Shown here one piece after another: positions 12,830-25,530 of a DNA stretch of 64,000 bases. Location: contig CM059432.1 in NCBI GenBank assembly GCA_030390025.1, positions 78,990,001 to 79,054,000 of the forward strand, written 5' to 3'. The DNA is from Squalus acanthias. Its lineage: Eukaryota. The notes beneath the pieces are model-generated. The model was not told the origin of the DNA. It saw only the letters and a list, made by a program, of their open reading frames with translations, and did no database searches. The number at the start of each line of letters is the position of its first letter. Within the stretch, counting starts at the first letter, position 1. The position numbers and the translations under genes are program-made.

Positions 12830-13396
12830 CAGGAAACTCTTGTTTATCCGGCACCCAAATATCCGGAATTCTCGCTTAACCGGCAAAAATCATCCTCCGA
12901 AAACTCCTCTCAAATAACCGGCAATGTTGCCGAGTCGCAGTCCGAGTCTCCGCGAACGCCGAGTACTCCGAAAACTCCTCTCAAATAACCGGCAATGTTG
13001 CCGATCCCGAGTCCGCGAACGCCGATTTAGTCAGTAGGGGTAGTTTTCAAAAGTGCCACTACTCGGCCTCCTGGTGCTGTCGGAAGTTCGAAACACTGCA
13101 GTAGCAGGAGTTGATTCTCCCGCGCTGCCGGGAGTCTCACTTACTGTTAAGTAATTACAGAGTTATGGATTACTCTCAACTGGCAGTACTGTACTTAATC
13201 AAGCATCTTCCACCATCCATTTAACACAACATTCTGTAGGGGAGTACCCAAATACTGTATACTGCACATTTCTTGATTTTTTTAAATTTTCTTTGTTAAA
13301 AATAGCCTCGGTAGATATAACTCTCCGTTATCCGGAACTTTCGATCAACCGGCACCACGCCGGTCCCGTCGGTGCCGGATACCAAAGAGTTTCCTG
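12830..13396 (+). mobile_element. Tc1/mariner-pogo (Tigger-like) MITE, copy 1
   Basis: TA|caggaaactcttgtttatccggcacc ... ggtgccggataccaaagagtttcctg|TA; near-identical to 56568-57133. Confidence 0.9.
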
Positions 13397-14248
13397 TATA
13401 TGGAAAAGTACAGACAGAGGAGATTTGATTGAGCTCTTTAAAATAATGAAAGAATTATATTTGATTCATGCAGATATGTTACTCGAGTTAGATAGGTTAG
13501 GGAGGAACAGGAGACAGAAGTACAAGTTATGCAATCATAGAACTAGGTTAGTTGTCAGGAGGTTTTTATTTCCAAAGTCATCAACCTTTGGAGCAGAGAA
13601 GATTAAGAGGAGATTTAATAGAGGTGTTCAAAATCATGAAGGGTTTTTAATAGCGTAAATTACATAGAATTTGCAGCACAGAAACAGACCATTCAGCCCA
13701 ACTGGTCTTATGTGGTTTTTATGCTGTGTTTTATGCTCCACACGCGCCTCCTCCTACCCTACTTCATCTAACCCCATCAACATATCCTTCTGTTCCTTTC
13801 TCCCTCATGTACTTTTCTAGCTGCCCCTTAAATGCATTGATGTTATTCGCCTCAGTTACTCCCTGTGGTAGCAATTTCCTCAATCTAACCACTCTCTGGG
13901 TAAAGAAGTTTCTCCAGAATTCCTTATTGCACTTATTAGTGACCATCTTATGTTTATGACCCCTAGTTTTGGACTCCCCATGAGTGGAAATATCTTCTCT
14001 ACTTCTACCCTATCAAACCCCTTTATAATTTGAGAGACCTCTATTAGGTCACCCCTCAACCTTCTCTTTTCTAGAGAAAAAGAGCCCCAGCCTGTTCAAT
14101 TCTTCCCGATGGTTATAACCTCTCAATTCTGGTATTATAAATCTTTTTTGCACCTTCTCCAGTGCCTCTATATCCTTTTATAATATGGAGACCAGAACTG
14201 TGCACTGTACTCCAAGTGTGGTCTAACCAATGTTCTATACAAGTTTAA

Positions 14249-17200
14249 TGTTAGTATAGTGGTTATGTTATTGGACTAGTAACCCAGAGGCCTGGACTAA
14301 TAATCCGGAGATGCCACCACGGCAGCGGGGGAATTTAAATTTGGTCAATTAAATAAATCTGGAATAAAAAGCTAGTATCAGTAATGGTGACCATGATACT
14401 ACCAGATTGTTGTAAAAACCCATCTGGTTCACTAATATCCTTTAGGGAAGGAAATATGCCGTCCTTACCTGGTCTGGCCTATGTGACTCCAGACCCACAG
14501 CAATGCAGTTGACTCTTAGCTGCCTAGCAAGCCACTCAGTTGTAACAAACCGTTACAAGAAACAAAAATAAGAATAAATGGGACAGACCACCCGGCATCG
14601 ACCTCGGCACACCCAGCTCAGTCGACCCTGCAAAGTCCTCCTCACCAACATCTGGGGACTTGTGCCAAAATTGGGAGAGCTGTCCCACAGACTAGTCAAG
14701 CAACAGCCTGACATAATCATACTTACAGAATCATACCTATCAGCCAATGTCCCTGACACAGCCATCACCATCCCTGGGTATGTCCTGTCCCAGCAGCAGG
14801 ACAGACCCACCAGAGGTGGCGGCACAGTGGTATACAGTCGGGAGGGAGTGGCCCTGGGGGTCCTCAACACTGACTCCCAACCCCATCAGGTCAAATATGG
14901 GCAAGGAAACCTCCTGCTGATTACCACCTACCACCCTCCCTCAGCTGATGAATCAGTACTCCTCCATGTTGAACACCACTTGGAAGAAGCACTGAGAGTA
15001 GCAAGGGCACAGAATGTACTCTGGGTGGGGGACTTCAATGTCCATCACAAAGAGTGGCTCGGTAGCACCACTACTGAGCGAGCTGGCCAAGTCCTAAAGG
15101 ACATAGCTGCCAGACTGGGCCTGCGGCAGGTGGTAAGAGAAAAACCTACTTGACCTCGTCCTCACCAATCTACCTGTCGCAGATGCATCTGTCCTTGATA
15201 GTATTGGTAGCAGTGACCACCGCACAGTCATTGTGGAGACGAAGTCCCGTCTTCACACTGAGGACACCCTCCATTGTGTTGTGTGGCACTACCACCATGC
15301 TAAATGGGATAGATTCAGAACAGATCTAGCAGCTCAAAACTGGGCATTCATGAGGCGCTGTGGGCCATCAGCAGCAGCAGAATTGTATTCCACCACAATC
15401 TGTAACCTCATGGCCCAGCATGTCCCTCACTACCATCATCATCAAGCCAGGCAACCAACCCTGGTTTAATGAGGAGTGTAGAAGAGCATGCCAGGAGCAG
15501 CACCAGGCATACCTAAAAAATGAGGTGCCAACCTGGGGAAGCTGCAACACAGGACTACATGCATGCTACACAACAGAAGCAGCATGCTATAAGACAGATC
15601 TAAGCGATCCCACAACCAACTGATCAGATCAAAGCTCTGCAGTCCTGCCACATCAGTCTTAAATGGTGGTGGACCATTAAACAACTAACGGGAGGAGGAG
15701 TCTCCGTGAACATCCCCATCCTCAATGATGGCGGAGCCCAGCATGCAAGTGCAAAAGACAAGGCTGAAGCATTTGCAACCATCTTCAGCCAGAAGTGCCG
15801 AGTGGATGATCCATCTCCGCCTCCTCCTGAGGTCCCCACCATCACAGAAGCCAGTCTTCAGCCAATTCGGTTCACTCCACGTGATATCAAGAAAAGGCTG
15901 AGTGCATTGGATACAGCAAAAGCTATGGGCCCCGTCAACATCCCGGCTGTCATGCTGAAGACTTCTGCTCCAGAACTAGCCATGCCTCTAGCTAAGCTGT
16001 TCCAGTACAGCTACAATACTGGCATCTATCCGACAATGTGGAAAACTGCACAGGTATGTCCTGTCCACAAAAAAACAGGACAAATCCAATCCGGCCAATT
16101 ACCGCCCCGTAAGTCTAATCTCAATCATCGGCAAAGTGATAGAAGATGTTGTCGACAGTGCTATCAAGCAGCACTTACTCACCAATAACCTGCTCACTGA
16201 TGCTCAGTTTGGGTTCCGCCAGGACCACTCGGCTCCAGACCTCATTACAGCCTTGGTCCAAACATGGACAAAAGAGCTGAATTCCAGAGGTGAGGAGAGA
16301 GTGACTGCCCTTGACATCAAGGCAGCAATTGAACGAGTGTGGCATCAAGGATCCCTAGTAAAATTGAAGTCAATGGGAATCAGGGGAAAACACTCCACTG
16401 CCTGGATTCATACCTAGCACAAATGAAGATGGTTGTGGTCGTAGTTGTTGGAGGCCAATCATCTAAGCCCAAGAAATTTCTTCACTCAGAGGGTTGTCAA
16501 TATTCTGAATTCTCTAGCCCAGAGGGCTGTGGATGCTGAGTCGTTGAGTATATTCAAGGCTGAGATCAATAGATTTTTAGAATCAAAGGAAATCAAGCAA
16601 TATGGGGATCGGGCGGGAAAGTGGTTTTGAGGTTGAAGATCAACCATGATCTTATTGAATGGCGGAGCAGGCTCGAGGGGCCGTATGGCCTACTCCTGCT
16701 CCTATTTCGTATGTTCAAAGGCATCGCTGCAGGAGTTCCTCAGGGCAGTGTCCTAGGCCCAACTATCTTCAGCTGCTTCATCATAAGATCAGAAGTGGGG
16801 ATGTTCGCTGATGATTGCAGTGTTCAGTTCCATTCGCAACTCCTCAGACAATGAAGCAGTCCATGCCCGCATGCAAGACCTGGCTTGGGCAGATAAGTGG
16901 CAAGTAACAGTCATTGCCTGGCACTTGTGTGGCGCGAATATCTCCAACAAGAGAGCGTTAACCACCGCCCCTTGACATTCAACGGCATTACCATCGCCGA
17001 ATTCCCCACCATCAACATCCTGGGGGTTCACCATTGACCAGAAACTTAACTGGACCAGTCACAAATACTGTGGCTACAACAGCAGGTTAGAGGCTGGGTA
17101 TTCTGCCTCCTGACTCCTCAAAGTCTTTCCACAAGGCACACGTCAGGAGTGTAATGGAATACTGTCCACTAGCCTGGATGAGTACTGCTCCAACAACAGT

Positions 17201-17648
17201 GAAGAAGCTCGACACCATCCAGGATAAAGCAGCCCGCTTGATTGGCATCCCACCCACCACCTTAAACATTCACTCCCTCCACCACCGGCGCACCATGTGC
17301 ACCATCTACAAGATGCACTGCAGCAACTCGCCAAGGATTCTTCGACAGCACCTCCCAAACTCATGACCTCTACCACCTAGAAGGACAAGGGCAGCAGGCG
17401 CATGGGAACACCATCACCTCCAAGTCACACACCATCCTGACTTGGAAATATATCACCATTCCTTCATCGTCGCTGGGTCAAAATCCTGGAACTCCCTCCC
17501 TAATAACACTGTGTGAGTACTTTCTCCACGCGGACTGCAGCGGTTCAAGGTGGCGGCTCACCACCACCTTCTCAAGGACAATTAGGGATGGGCAATAAAT
17601 GCTGGCCTTGCCAGCAACGCCCACATCCCAGGAACTAATAAAAAAAAC
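14249..17648 (+). mobile_element. Near full-length EN-RT non-LTR retrotransposon (CR1/Jockey-group-like) with tRNA/SINE-like 5' head; frameshifted
   Basis: APE endonuclease [67 protein letters not shown]; tail gggcaataaatgctggcc...A-run. Confidence 0.88.
16471..16716 (+). mobile_element. Short CR1 3' end inserted into the LINE RT
   Basis: NFFTQRVVNILNSL and CR1 tail ctcctgctcctatttcgtatgttc; the host LINE resumes at AAGVPQGS. Confidence 0.85.
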
Positions 17649-18242
17649 ATACCTCTCTGCTTTTCAATTCTATTCCTCTAGAATGAACCCCAGTACTTTG
17701 TTTGCATTTCTTATGACCTTGTTAACCTGCGTTGCTACTTTTAAGGTTCAGGGCATCAGAATACTATGGCACCAAGAATACAGTCTGAACTCCAGTTTCA
17801 GGTTTAACTCTGAACTACTGACACCAGACTAGTGAATTAAAGGAAGATCCTGGTTCCTCCTTTTTTTTTGGAGACTAGCCCAAGATTTCTAGAAATACTT
17901 TCATTTAATCCTACAAGACCTAGATTGCAAGATAGATGCAGATGGGAAGGTCTTTTGACCCATCTTAGCTCATTCATGCTGACAGATCCTACAGTTTCCC
18001 AAACATGGAATCCAACTGTTTCATGAATGATTCATTGCCTCCACTATATTAACTGAAAGTCCATTGGTCAGTCTTTACGTGAAGAAGGACTTTCTATGTC
18101 CGTAATGTGCCTCTTATAAGGAGAAACTGTTTCCAGTGGCAGAAGGGTGGGTAACTAGAGGACACAGATTTAAGGTAACTGACAAAAGTACCAGAGGCAT
18201 GATGAGAATTTCTTTTTTGTTACATACAGCGAGTTGTCATGA

Positions 18243-21007
18243 CCAAGGCTGGGAACTCAACATAGAGGGGCATTCAATATTCAGGAAAGATAGGCAAAAA
18301 GGAAAAGGAGGTGGGGTAGCATTGCTGGTTAAAGAGGGGATTAACACAATTGTAAGGAAGGATATTAGCTCTGATGATGTGGAATCTGTATGGGTAGAAC
18401 TGAGAAATACCAAGGGGCAAAAACGCTAGTGGGAGTGGTGTATAGACCCCCAAACAGTAATACGGAGGTTGGGGATGGCATTAAAAGGGAAATTAGAGAA
18501 GCGTGCAATAAGAGCACAGCAGTTATCATGGGCAACTTTAATCTACATATAGATTGGGCTAACCAAATTAGTAACAATACTGTGGAGGAGGAATTCCTGG
18601 AGTGTATACGGGATGGTTTCCTGGACCAATATGTCAAGGAACCAACTAGAGATCAGGCCATCTTAGACTGGGTATTATGTAATGAGAAAGGATTAATTAG
18701 CAATCTTGTTGTGCGAGGCCCCTTGGGTCAGAGCGATCATAATATGATCGAATTCTTCATTAAGATGGAGAGTGAAGTAGTTGACTCAGAGACTAGGGTC
18801 CTGAATTTAAATAAAGGAAACTATGATGGTATGAGTCGCGAGTTGGGTAGGATTGATTGGGGAATGTCACTCAAAGGGTTGACGGTGGATAGGCAATGGC
18901 AAACATTCAAAGATCGCATGAATGAACTACAGAATTTATTCATCCCAGTTTGGCATAAAAATAAAACAAAAAGGTGACTCAACCGTGGCTAACAAAAGGA
19001 AATTAGGGATAGCATAAGATCCAAGGAAAGGACATATAAATTGGCCAGAAAAAGCAAAAAACCTGAGGATTGGGAGCAGTATAGGATTCAGCAAAGAAGG
19101 ACAAAGGGATTAATTAAGAGGGGGGAAATAGAGTATGAGAGTAAGCTTGCAGGGAACATAAAAACTGACTGTAAAAGCTTTTATAGATATGTGAAGAGAA
19201 AAAGATTGGTGAAGTCAAGCGTAGGTCCCTTGCAGTCAGAATCAGGGGAATTTATAATGGGGAACAAAGAAATGGCAGACCAATTAAATACATACTTTGG
19301 TTCTGTCTTCACAAAGGAGGACACAAATAACCTCCCAGAGATGTCAGGGAACATAGGGTCTAATGAGAGGGAGGAACTGAAAGAAATCAGGATTTGTAGG
19401 GAAATAGTGTTAGGGAAATTAACGGGATTGAAGGCCGATAAATCCCCAGGGCCTGATAATCTACATCCTAGGGTACTTAAGGAAGTGGCCCTAGAAACAG
19501 TAGATGCATTGCTGGTCATCTTCCAAAATTCTATAGACTCTGGAACAGTACCCATGGATTGGAGGGTAGCTAATGTTACCCCACTATTCAAAAAAGGTGG
19601 TAGAGAGAAAACGGGGAATTATAGACCGGTAAGCCTGACATCGGTAGTGGGGACAATGCTAGAGTCCATTATAAAAGATGCAATAGCAGAGCATTTGGAA
19701 AACAGTGACAGGATGGGACAAAGTCAACATGGATTTACAAAAGGTAAATCGTGCTTGACTAATCTACTGGAATTTTTTGAGGATGTAACTGGTAAAATAG
19801 ATAAGGGAGAACCAGTGGATGTGGTGTATTTGGACTTTCAGAAGGCTTTCGATAAGGTCCCGCATAAGAGATTAGCGTGTAAAGTTAAGGCACATGGGAT
19901 TGGGGGCAAGGTATTGACTTGGATAGAGAACTGGTTGGCAGACAGAAAGCAAAGAGTTGGAATAAATGGGTCTTTTTCGAGTGGCAGGCAGTGACTAGTG
20001 GGGTACCGCAGGGATTGGTCCTAGGACCCCAGCTATTCACAATATATATTAATGATCTAGAAGAGGGAATTGGATGTAATATCTCCAAGTTTGCAGACGA
20101 CACAAAGCTGGGTGGGAGTGTGTGCCGCGAGGAGGATGCAGAGAAACTCCAGTATGATTTGGACAGGTTGGGTGATTGGGCAGATGCAATATAATGTGGA
20201 TAAATGCGAGGTTATCCACTTTGGTGTCAAAAACAGGAAGGTAGATTATTATCTGAATGGCAATAGATTGGGAGAAGGGGAGGTGCAACGAGACCCGGGT
20301 GTCCTTGTGCACCAGTTGCTGAAGGTAAGCATGCAGGTGCAGCAGGCGGTTAAGAAGGCAAATGGTACGTTGGCCTTCGTAGCGAAAGGGTTCGAGTACA
20401 GGAACAAGAATGTCTTGCTGCAGTTGCACAGGGCCTTGGTGAGATCGCATCTTGAGTATTGTGTGCAGTTTTGGTCGCCTTATCTGAGGAAGGATGTTCT
20501 TGCTATGGAGGGAGTGCAGCGAAGATTCACCAAGCTGATACCTGGGATGGCAGGAATGACGTATGAGGAGATTGGGTCGATTGGGCCTATACTCGCTGGA
20601 GTTTAGAAGAATGAGAGGGGATCTCATTGAAACATATAAAATTCTAACAGGACTAGACAGACTAGATGCAGGAAGGATGTTCCCGATGGCGGGTGAGTCC
20701 AGAACCAGAGGACACAGTCTAAGGATAAGGGGTAAGCCATTTAGGACTGAGATGAGGAGGAATTTCTTCACCCAGAGAGTGGTGAACCTGTGGAATTCTC
20801 TACCACAGAAGGCAGTTGAGGCCAATTCATTAAATATATTCAAGAAGGAGTTTGATATATTTCTTAAAGCTAAAGGGATCAAGGGATATGGAGAGAAGGC
20901 AGGGACAGGGTACTGAATTTGGATGATCAGCCATGATCTCATTGAATGGTGGAGCAGGCTCGAGGGGCTGAATGGCCTGCTCCTGCTCCTATCTTCTATG
21001 TTTCTAT
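18243..21007 (+). mobile_element. Young CR1 LINE ORF2 (EN+RT, several frameshifts) nested in an older CR1 tail (about 18100-18242 and 21008-21205)
   Basis: ORFs 18390-18977, 19041-19994, 19919-20194, 20070-20606 and 20563-20916 (VGVVYRPPNS, SDHN, NYRPVSLTS, FADDTKL). Confidence 0.95.
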
Positions 21008-22173
21008 CTCTAATGCAATGCCTGAAAGGGTGATGGAAGCAGATTCAATAATAACTTTCGAAAGGGAATTGGATAAGTACTTGAAGGGGCAAAACTTGCA
21101 GGGCTATGGGGAATGAGACTAATTGGATAGCTCTTTCAAAGAGCTGGCACAGGCACGATGGGCTGAATGGCCTCTTTCTGTGCAGTATCATTCTATGATT
21201 CTATCTAGGGCCCAGAAATTATCAAATGCCACTTGGAGCATGCCCAGTGCTTGTGGATGGCCTATGTTCTCCTCCCATTGGTGGGATTGCAGCAGGGTGG
21301 TCCTAATGCCCACCAACGTGAAATAGCTGCTAACCCATTACAATTTCTTCTCAGAACCCTCATTAGCAATGCAGGTGGTTTGGAGGCCAGACAACTGCCC
21401 TTCATTGGCTTACCACCAGTGGAAGGGAGGGAAACAAGACTTCTGGTGCAGTCTTTAAAAAAAAAACTGCAGCCAGTTAAAGGGCAACATCACGTTTCAG
21501 CAAAATGACATAAGGAGCAGCAACCTCAGGGGTGTTAGCAGTTGGAAAGACCCCCAGATTTTCCAATACATCTATGGAAGTGGCGCTGGCAGAAGCAAGG
21601 GCCTGGAGGGACCATCTGATGGGCACCGAGGGCAGGAAGCTCCATGAGAGAATGGCGTAGGCTGTCTGAAGGAAGGTCGCAAAGGCAGTCAGTGCAATCG
21701 CCACTACTCGAAGAACTGCCACATTATGCAGAGGGAGGTTCTGGTGCCAACACCCATCTTCTACCACTCGAAGTTTCATTCACCTCTCTACCAATCATAC
21801 TCTTTCTCTGAGCACCTAGATGTCAGCAAAACTCACTTCTGTAAACAGCAACATCTCCAAACACTCAAACACCTTCTTTACTCAAAACCACTCTCAACTC
21901 ACTTTGCCCACAAGGACTTCTACTATTCTTCAAACACAATTAATTTAAAAAAGGGACAAGACACCTTCACCTCTCATCATGGCATGCGTGATCTCATATG
22001 GGAGGAGTTCCCAAGTAATTCACAGGCCTGTTACTTTTTCTTCTCTCCCTTCAGAAGAGTAAAATAGCATAGAACTAGCACCACACAATGAGAACCGGGG
22101 AAGGACAACTATCAACAAAAAACCCCCCCAAAAAAAAACCCACAAGAGGAAGCACCAGACTCAATAACTAAAC

Positions 22174-22385
22174 ATAAAAACAGAAAATGCTGGAAATACT
22201 CAGCAGGTCAGGCAGCATCTGTGGAGAGAGAAACAGAGTTAACGTTTCAGGTCAATGACCCTTCGTCAGACCTGAAACGTTAACTCGGTTTCTCTCTCCA
22301 CAGATGCTGCCTGACCTGCTGAGTGTTTCCAGCATTTTCTGTTTTTATTTCAGATTTCCAGCACCCGCAGTATTTTGCTTTTGTT
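22174..22385. mobile_element. Penelope terminal-repeat-derived palindromic mini-element
   Basis: 80-bp inverted arms (22174-22253 / 22269-22348, 2 mismatches); arm sequence matches the Penelope end at about 60370-60500; flanked by imperfect direct repeats tcaataactaaacat / tcaataagtagacat. Confidence 0.82.
22237..22273 (-). ncRNA. Minimal type-I hammerhead ribozyme motif (intact core)
   Basis: Minus strand: aggt CUGACGA A GGGUC-AUU-GACCU GAAA C GUU AACU. Confidence 0.6.
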
Positions 22386-24872
22386 TCAATAAGTAGACAT
22401 ACAGGAGAGCCTGTATGAGAGGGCGAGCTGGTAAGAGAAGGTTGGTAAAGGCTGGGTGGGGTTCATCATGTATAGTTTCAGCTTAATATGTTTCTGCAAA
22501 GTATTGCAATACCCTACACTCACTCAATGTTTCTTCAAAAGAAAATGTCACCATGTGCATAGCTAACTCTTCTATCTTTCAAATCATATGGAATGCCTTG
22601 GCGGAAGAGGTCAGCCACCCCATGACTGACCAGGCACTTTCAAATCCACTGCGGTTGCCACATCCTCACCAGCTCTATCTTGGCATCTCACCTGCACAAT
22701 CACCAGCACAAAGACACCTACTCACAAGGAATTAGGAGGGTCGTCAATGGGTGGATCACTGAGTACCTGGGAGTGGAAGAGAGGGAGTGTGCCAGTCCTC
22801 CACGAAGGAGGGAGATATGACTGCCCTGAGCTGAAAAACATACGGAGCCAGTCTTCAAAAGAGCAATGATTCAAGAGCATCAACCTTATGTGTAGACAGT
22901 GGAAATAGTTCCTACGCATATAGTTCAGATGATAGATAAATGTGAAGAGTCCATTATTTGAATCTGCAACACTCTGCAGGAAGTTTCTCATGACTCTGGA
23001 GACTGGGACAGCCCAGAAGTTTTCTGAAGCATCAAGATGCCAGGAAGAGCCTCTAAGGTCATTGGTGACTTCTGGAGTTGCAGCCACCAATGCTTCAATA
23101 GATGCCTTGCCTGAATGCCATACTTGCACAGGCTGCCAATTGGAGCCATTTGGTCTGTAATGACACCGACCAGTAACACCTCCGAACCTGCGCATAACAC
23201 CAGTGGACTGCAAGGAGTGGGTGAAGATGTTGCTAACTCTCCAGAAAGCGGCAATGGAACCCATTTCTTCTTTCACATGTAGGAACTTCAGACACAGGCC
23301 TGGCACCCCTTACTGCAAGCACCAGGTTGCCAAAAGCTGGCCCTTCTAGTTCAGCAGCTACCCCCAAGAAGAAATTCATCTCAGTTCTCCAAGACTCCAT
23401 GGGTGTCATCCAGCTACCACCATTCAACCTCATTTCACTCAGAACACTTTGTAGGAGTAGATTAGAAACTAGAGCAAGGAATTTAGCTGGCACAAAAAGG
23501 TAATTATGGTTTTAAGTAGTAGCTGTAGAAAGGGAGAATAGATTTTGTTGGTATTTCCTCATGAATTTTGTTTAAAGACAGCTTGATCATATAGTTAAAA
23601 GTGTACTCAAATGATCTTGCAACTTTCGGGTGTAGGATCATGGCAAGGGAAATGTAGACTTCTGTCTTATGAAGGACCATGGCAAAGTATTGAAAAGTGA
23701 GGGGGGGTATGGGGGCAGGGAGAACAGGCAGGTGTGAAGTGACTTTATTTGGTGCATCAACCTTTATTTATTGAAAGATCTGGGCTATCAGTTGTGCTAC
23801 CCTTGCTCTGGCAGCTGGCTATCCTGTTCCACTTCCTCCCTTTCTTGTGCACCCGCCTGTGGGGCTGCACAAGACCGACCTTCTTGGTCTGTAATCCCTG
23901 GTGAGTTAATGTTTACATGCAGGAAGAGATACCTTTGGTGATACCCGACTCCAAGAGTCCCCAGCCTAGCCTCTTCTGTGTCTTCATCCTCTCCTCCTTT
24001 TCAAATCAAAATAAAGGCATTCCTATTGAGAAATCCATGTCTACAGCACAAAGCAGTACTTTGAGTAGAGCGTTGTAAAGTAGTAGCGAAATTTCTGACT
24101 CAACCCCAAAGTACTAAAAGATCACCAAGCATCCTTCAATAGTAGCACACAAAAGTCTCCTCAGTGTGGTGTCCACCTCAGGGATAGCTTGCAGCAGCTC
24201 TTATCGCTACTGATAGTGTTGATAATTATTTATAGCAGAAACGGAGAGGAATGGGGCACAAGGTTTACCCATGCCCATCTGTTTAAATATGGCGGAGTGG
24301 GCTTGTGGTAGGCCTTAAAGGAACTGGTGATTTTTTTTGAAGGGGAATGCAGGTACTGTTTGTTTGTGGCAGATTTGAGGCAGTAGGCTTGAAGAATACA
24401 TTTAACTCCGTTTACCACTCCAAATCCACATCAACAGGTAGTGACTCAGGAGAACCCAGGCCTATACCTTCTGTTGGGGGTGGGAAGAGAAAACAGGTAA
24501 TTTTTATCTTTACAATTAAACTTTTGATGATCTGAATTTGAATCTACTTGCCAATAGATTAAAAAAAGAAAATCCAGAGTTGAGATAAAGTCAGACAGTC
24601 CATCATGCCATCCCCATCCAGAGTCTATATATGATTATATTAAATGCTTTTACAGAACCACATCATAGGAACAGATTCCTCAAATATCACTCATGCGTCC
24701 AAGTGCTGTATCGTTAGTAATCTGAAGACCACTTAGTGTGAACGTGAGCTTTTGTAAAAGGCTGTTTGATGTAGAGATTGGGAAAAACATAATATTGAAC
24801 AAAATCTTTCAGAAGTAATTCTTTCCAATATTACTTGTGTGTCTGAAGGAGGGAAGAACTATAACTACTCAC

Positions 24873-25015
24873 CCTGCATTTTCTTTTTGAACTCTAGGCG
24901 TTTGATCTTTCCGCAGCGGAGTTGTGACGAGAACTTTTTGCCCGCAGACTGGAGTTGAAGTAAGTGCTGGGTTATCAAGGTTCAGATGATCATTGCCAGA
25001 GTAGATATTAAAAAA
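24873..25015 (-). CDS. MYBL1: MYBL1 exon 11
   Basis: cccag|TTT...GCAGG|gtgagt; 143 nt; [48 protein letters not shown]. Confidence 0.95.
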
Positions 25016-25072
25016 CTGGGGAGGAAATAAAATGTAAAAGCTGTAATACTGAAGTTTTGTGATTTTCTAGTA

Positions 25073-25530
25073 CAGTAAACTCTTTCGTATCCGGCAGCTA
25101 TGGGACCGGGATGGTGCCGGTTGATTAAAAATTCCAGATAACGGAGAGGTATACCTACCGAGGCAATTTATATATCGGTAATTCTGTGGGGGTGTTCCGA
25201 ACTCAGGAGGGGAGGTGGGACATGGAGTGGCAATGGCCCAAGCTGGTTTTGTAAAAGCCGAAGGAGCACACCTGCTTATTCTGGCCCCACAAATATACAG
25301 TAAAACTTACCTTTGGGTTCCTCTTTGGCTGGACAGCCAGCTGATACTGTGCGGGGAAGATTGTAGCGCCCACAGCGACGGCGGGAACAAGTGGGAAGTC
25401 ATTCCCCACCATTTTCGGGACACTACTGCCCCGTTCCTTCTGGGGCGGAAGCCTCAAAACCTACTCCTGAATTTTGCCGGTTATTAAAGAATTCCGGATG
25501 ATTAAGTGCCATTTAAACAAGAGTTTACTG
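25073..25530 (-). mobile_element. Tc1/mariner-pogo MITE related to the 12830/56568 family, opposite orientation
   Basis: TA|cagtaaactctt ... aagagtttactg|TA; its left ~100 bp is the reverse complement of the right end of the other two copies. Confidence 0.82.

Larger units (their letters stand above)
11915..13580 (+). mobile_element. Old CR1 3' fragment split by two DNA-transposon insertions
   Basis: LYKNLVRPHLEYSV..WSP, then after the insertions RGDLIELFKIMK. Confidence 0.75.
13661..17750 (-). mobile_element. CR1 3' fragment (13661-14248 and about 17650-17750), host of the 14249-17648 LINE
   Basis: Minus-strand NFFTQRVVRL..LP; the CR1 text ...ttctatacaagtttaa resumes as catacctctctgctttt after the insert. 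Confidence 0.8.
21208..24101 (+). mobile_element. Heavily decayed Harbinger-derived element with Myb/SANT-like relic at 21505-21742
   Basis: Left end gggcccagaaatt; frame from ATG 21505 reads ..PRFSNTSMEVALAEARAWRDHLMG..*RKVAKAVSAIATTRRTATLCRGRF. The right boundary is uncertain. Confidence 0.55.

Noticed and set aside
12895..13005. Short direct repeats as a CRISPR-like array
   Set aside because: Only two units, internal to a MITE present twice; eukaryotic context with no cas genes.
18243..21007. Active autonomous CR1
   Set aside because: 5'-truncated, no ORF1, and ORF2 is broken into several frames.
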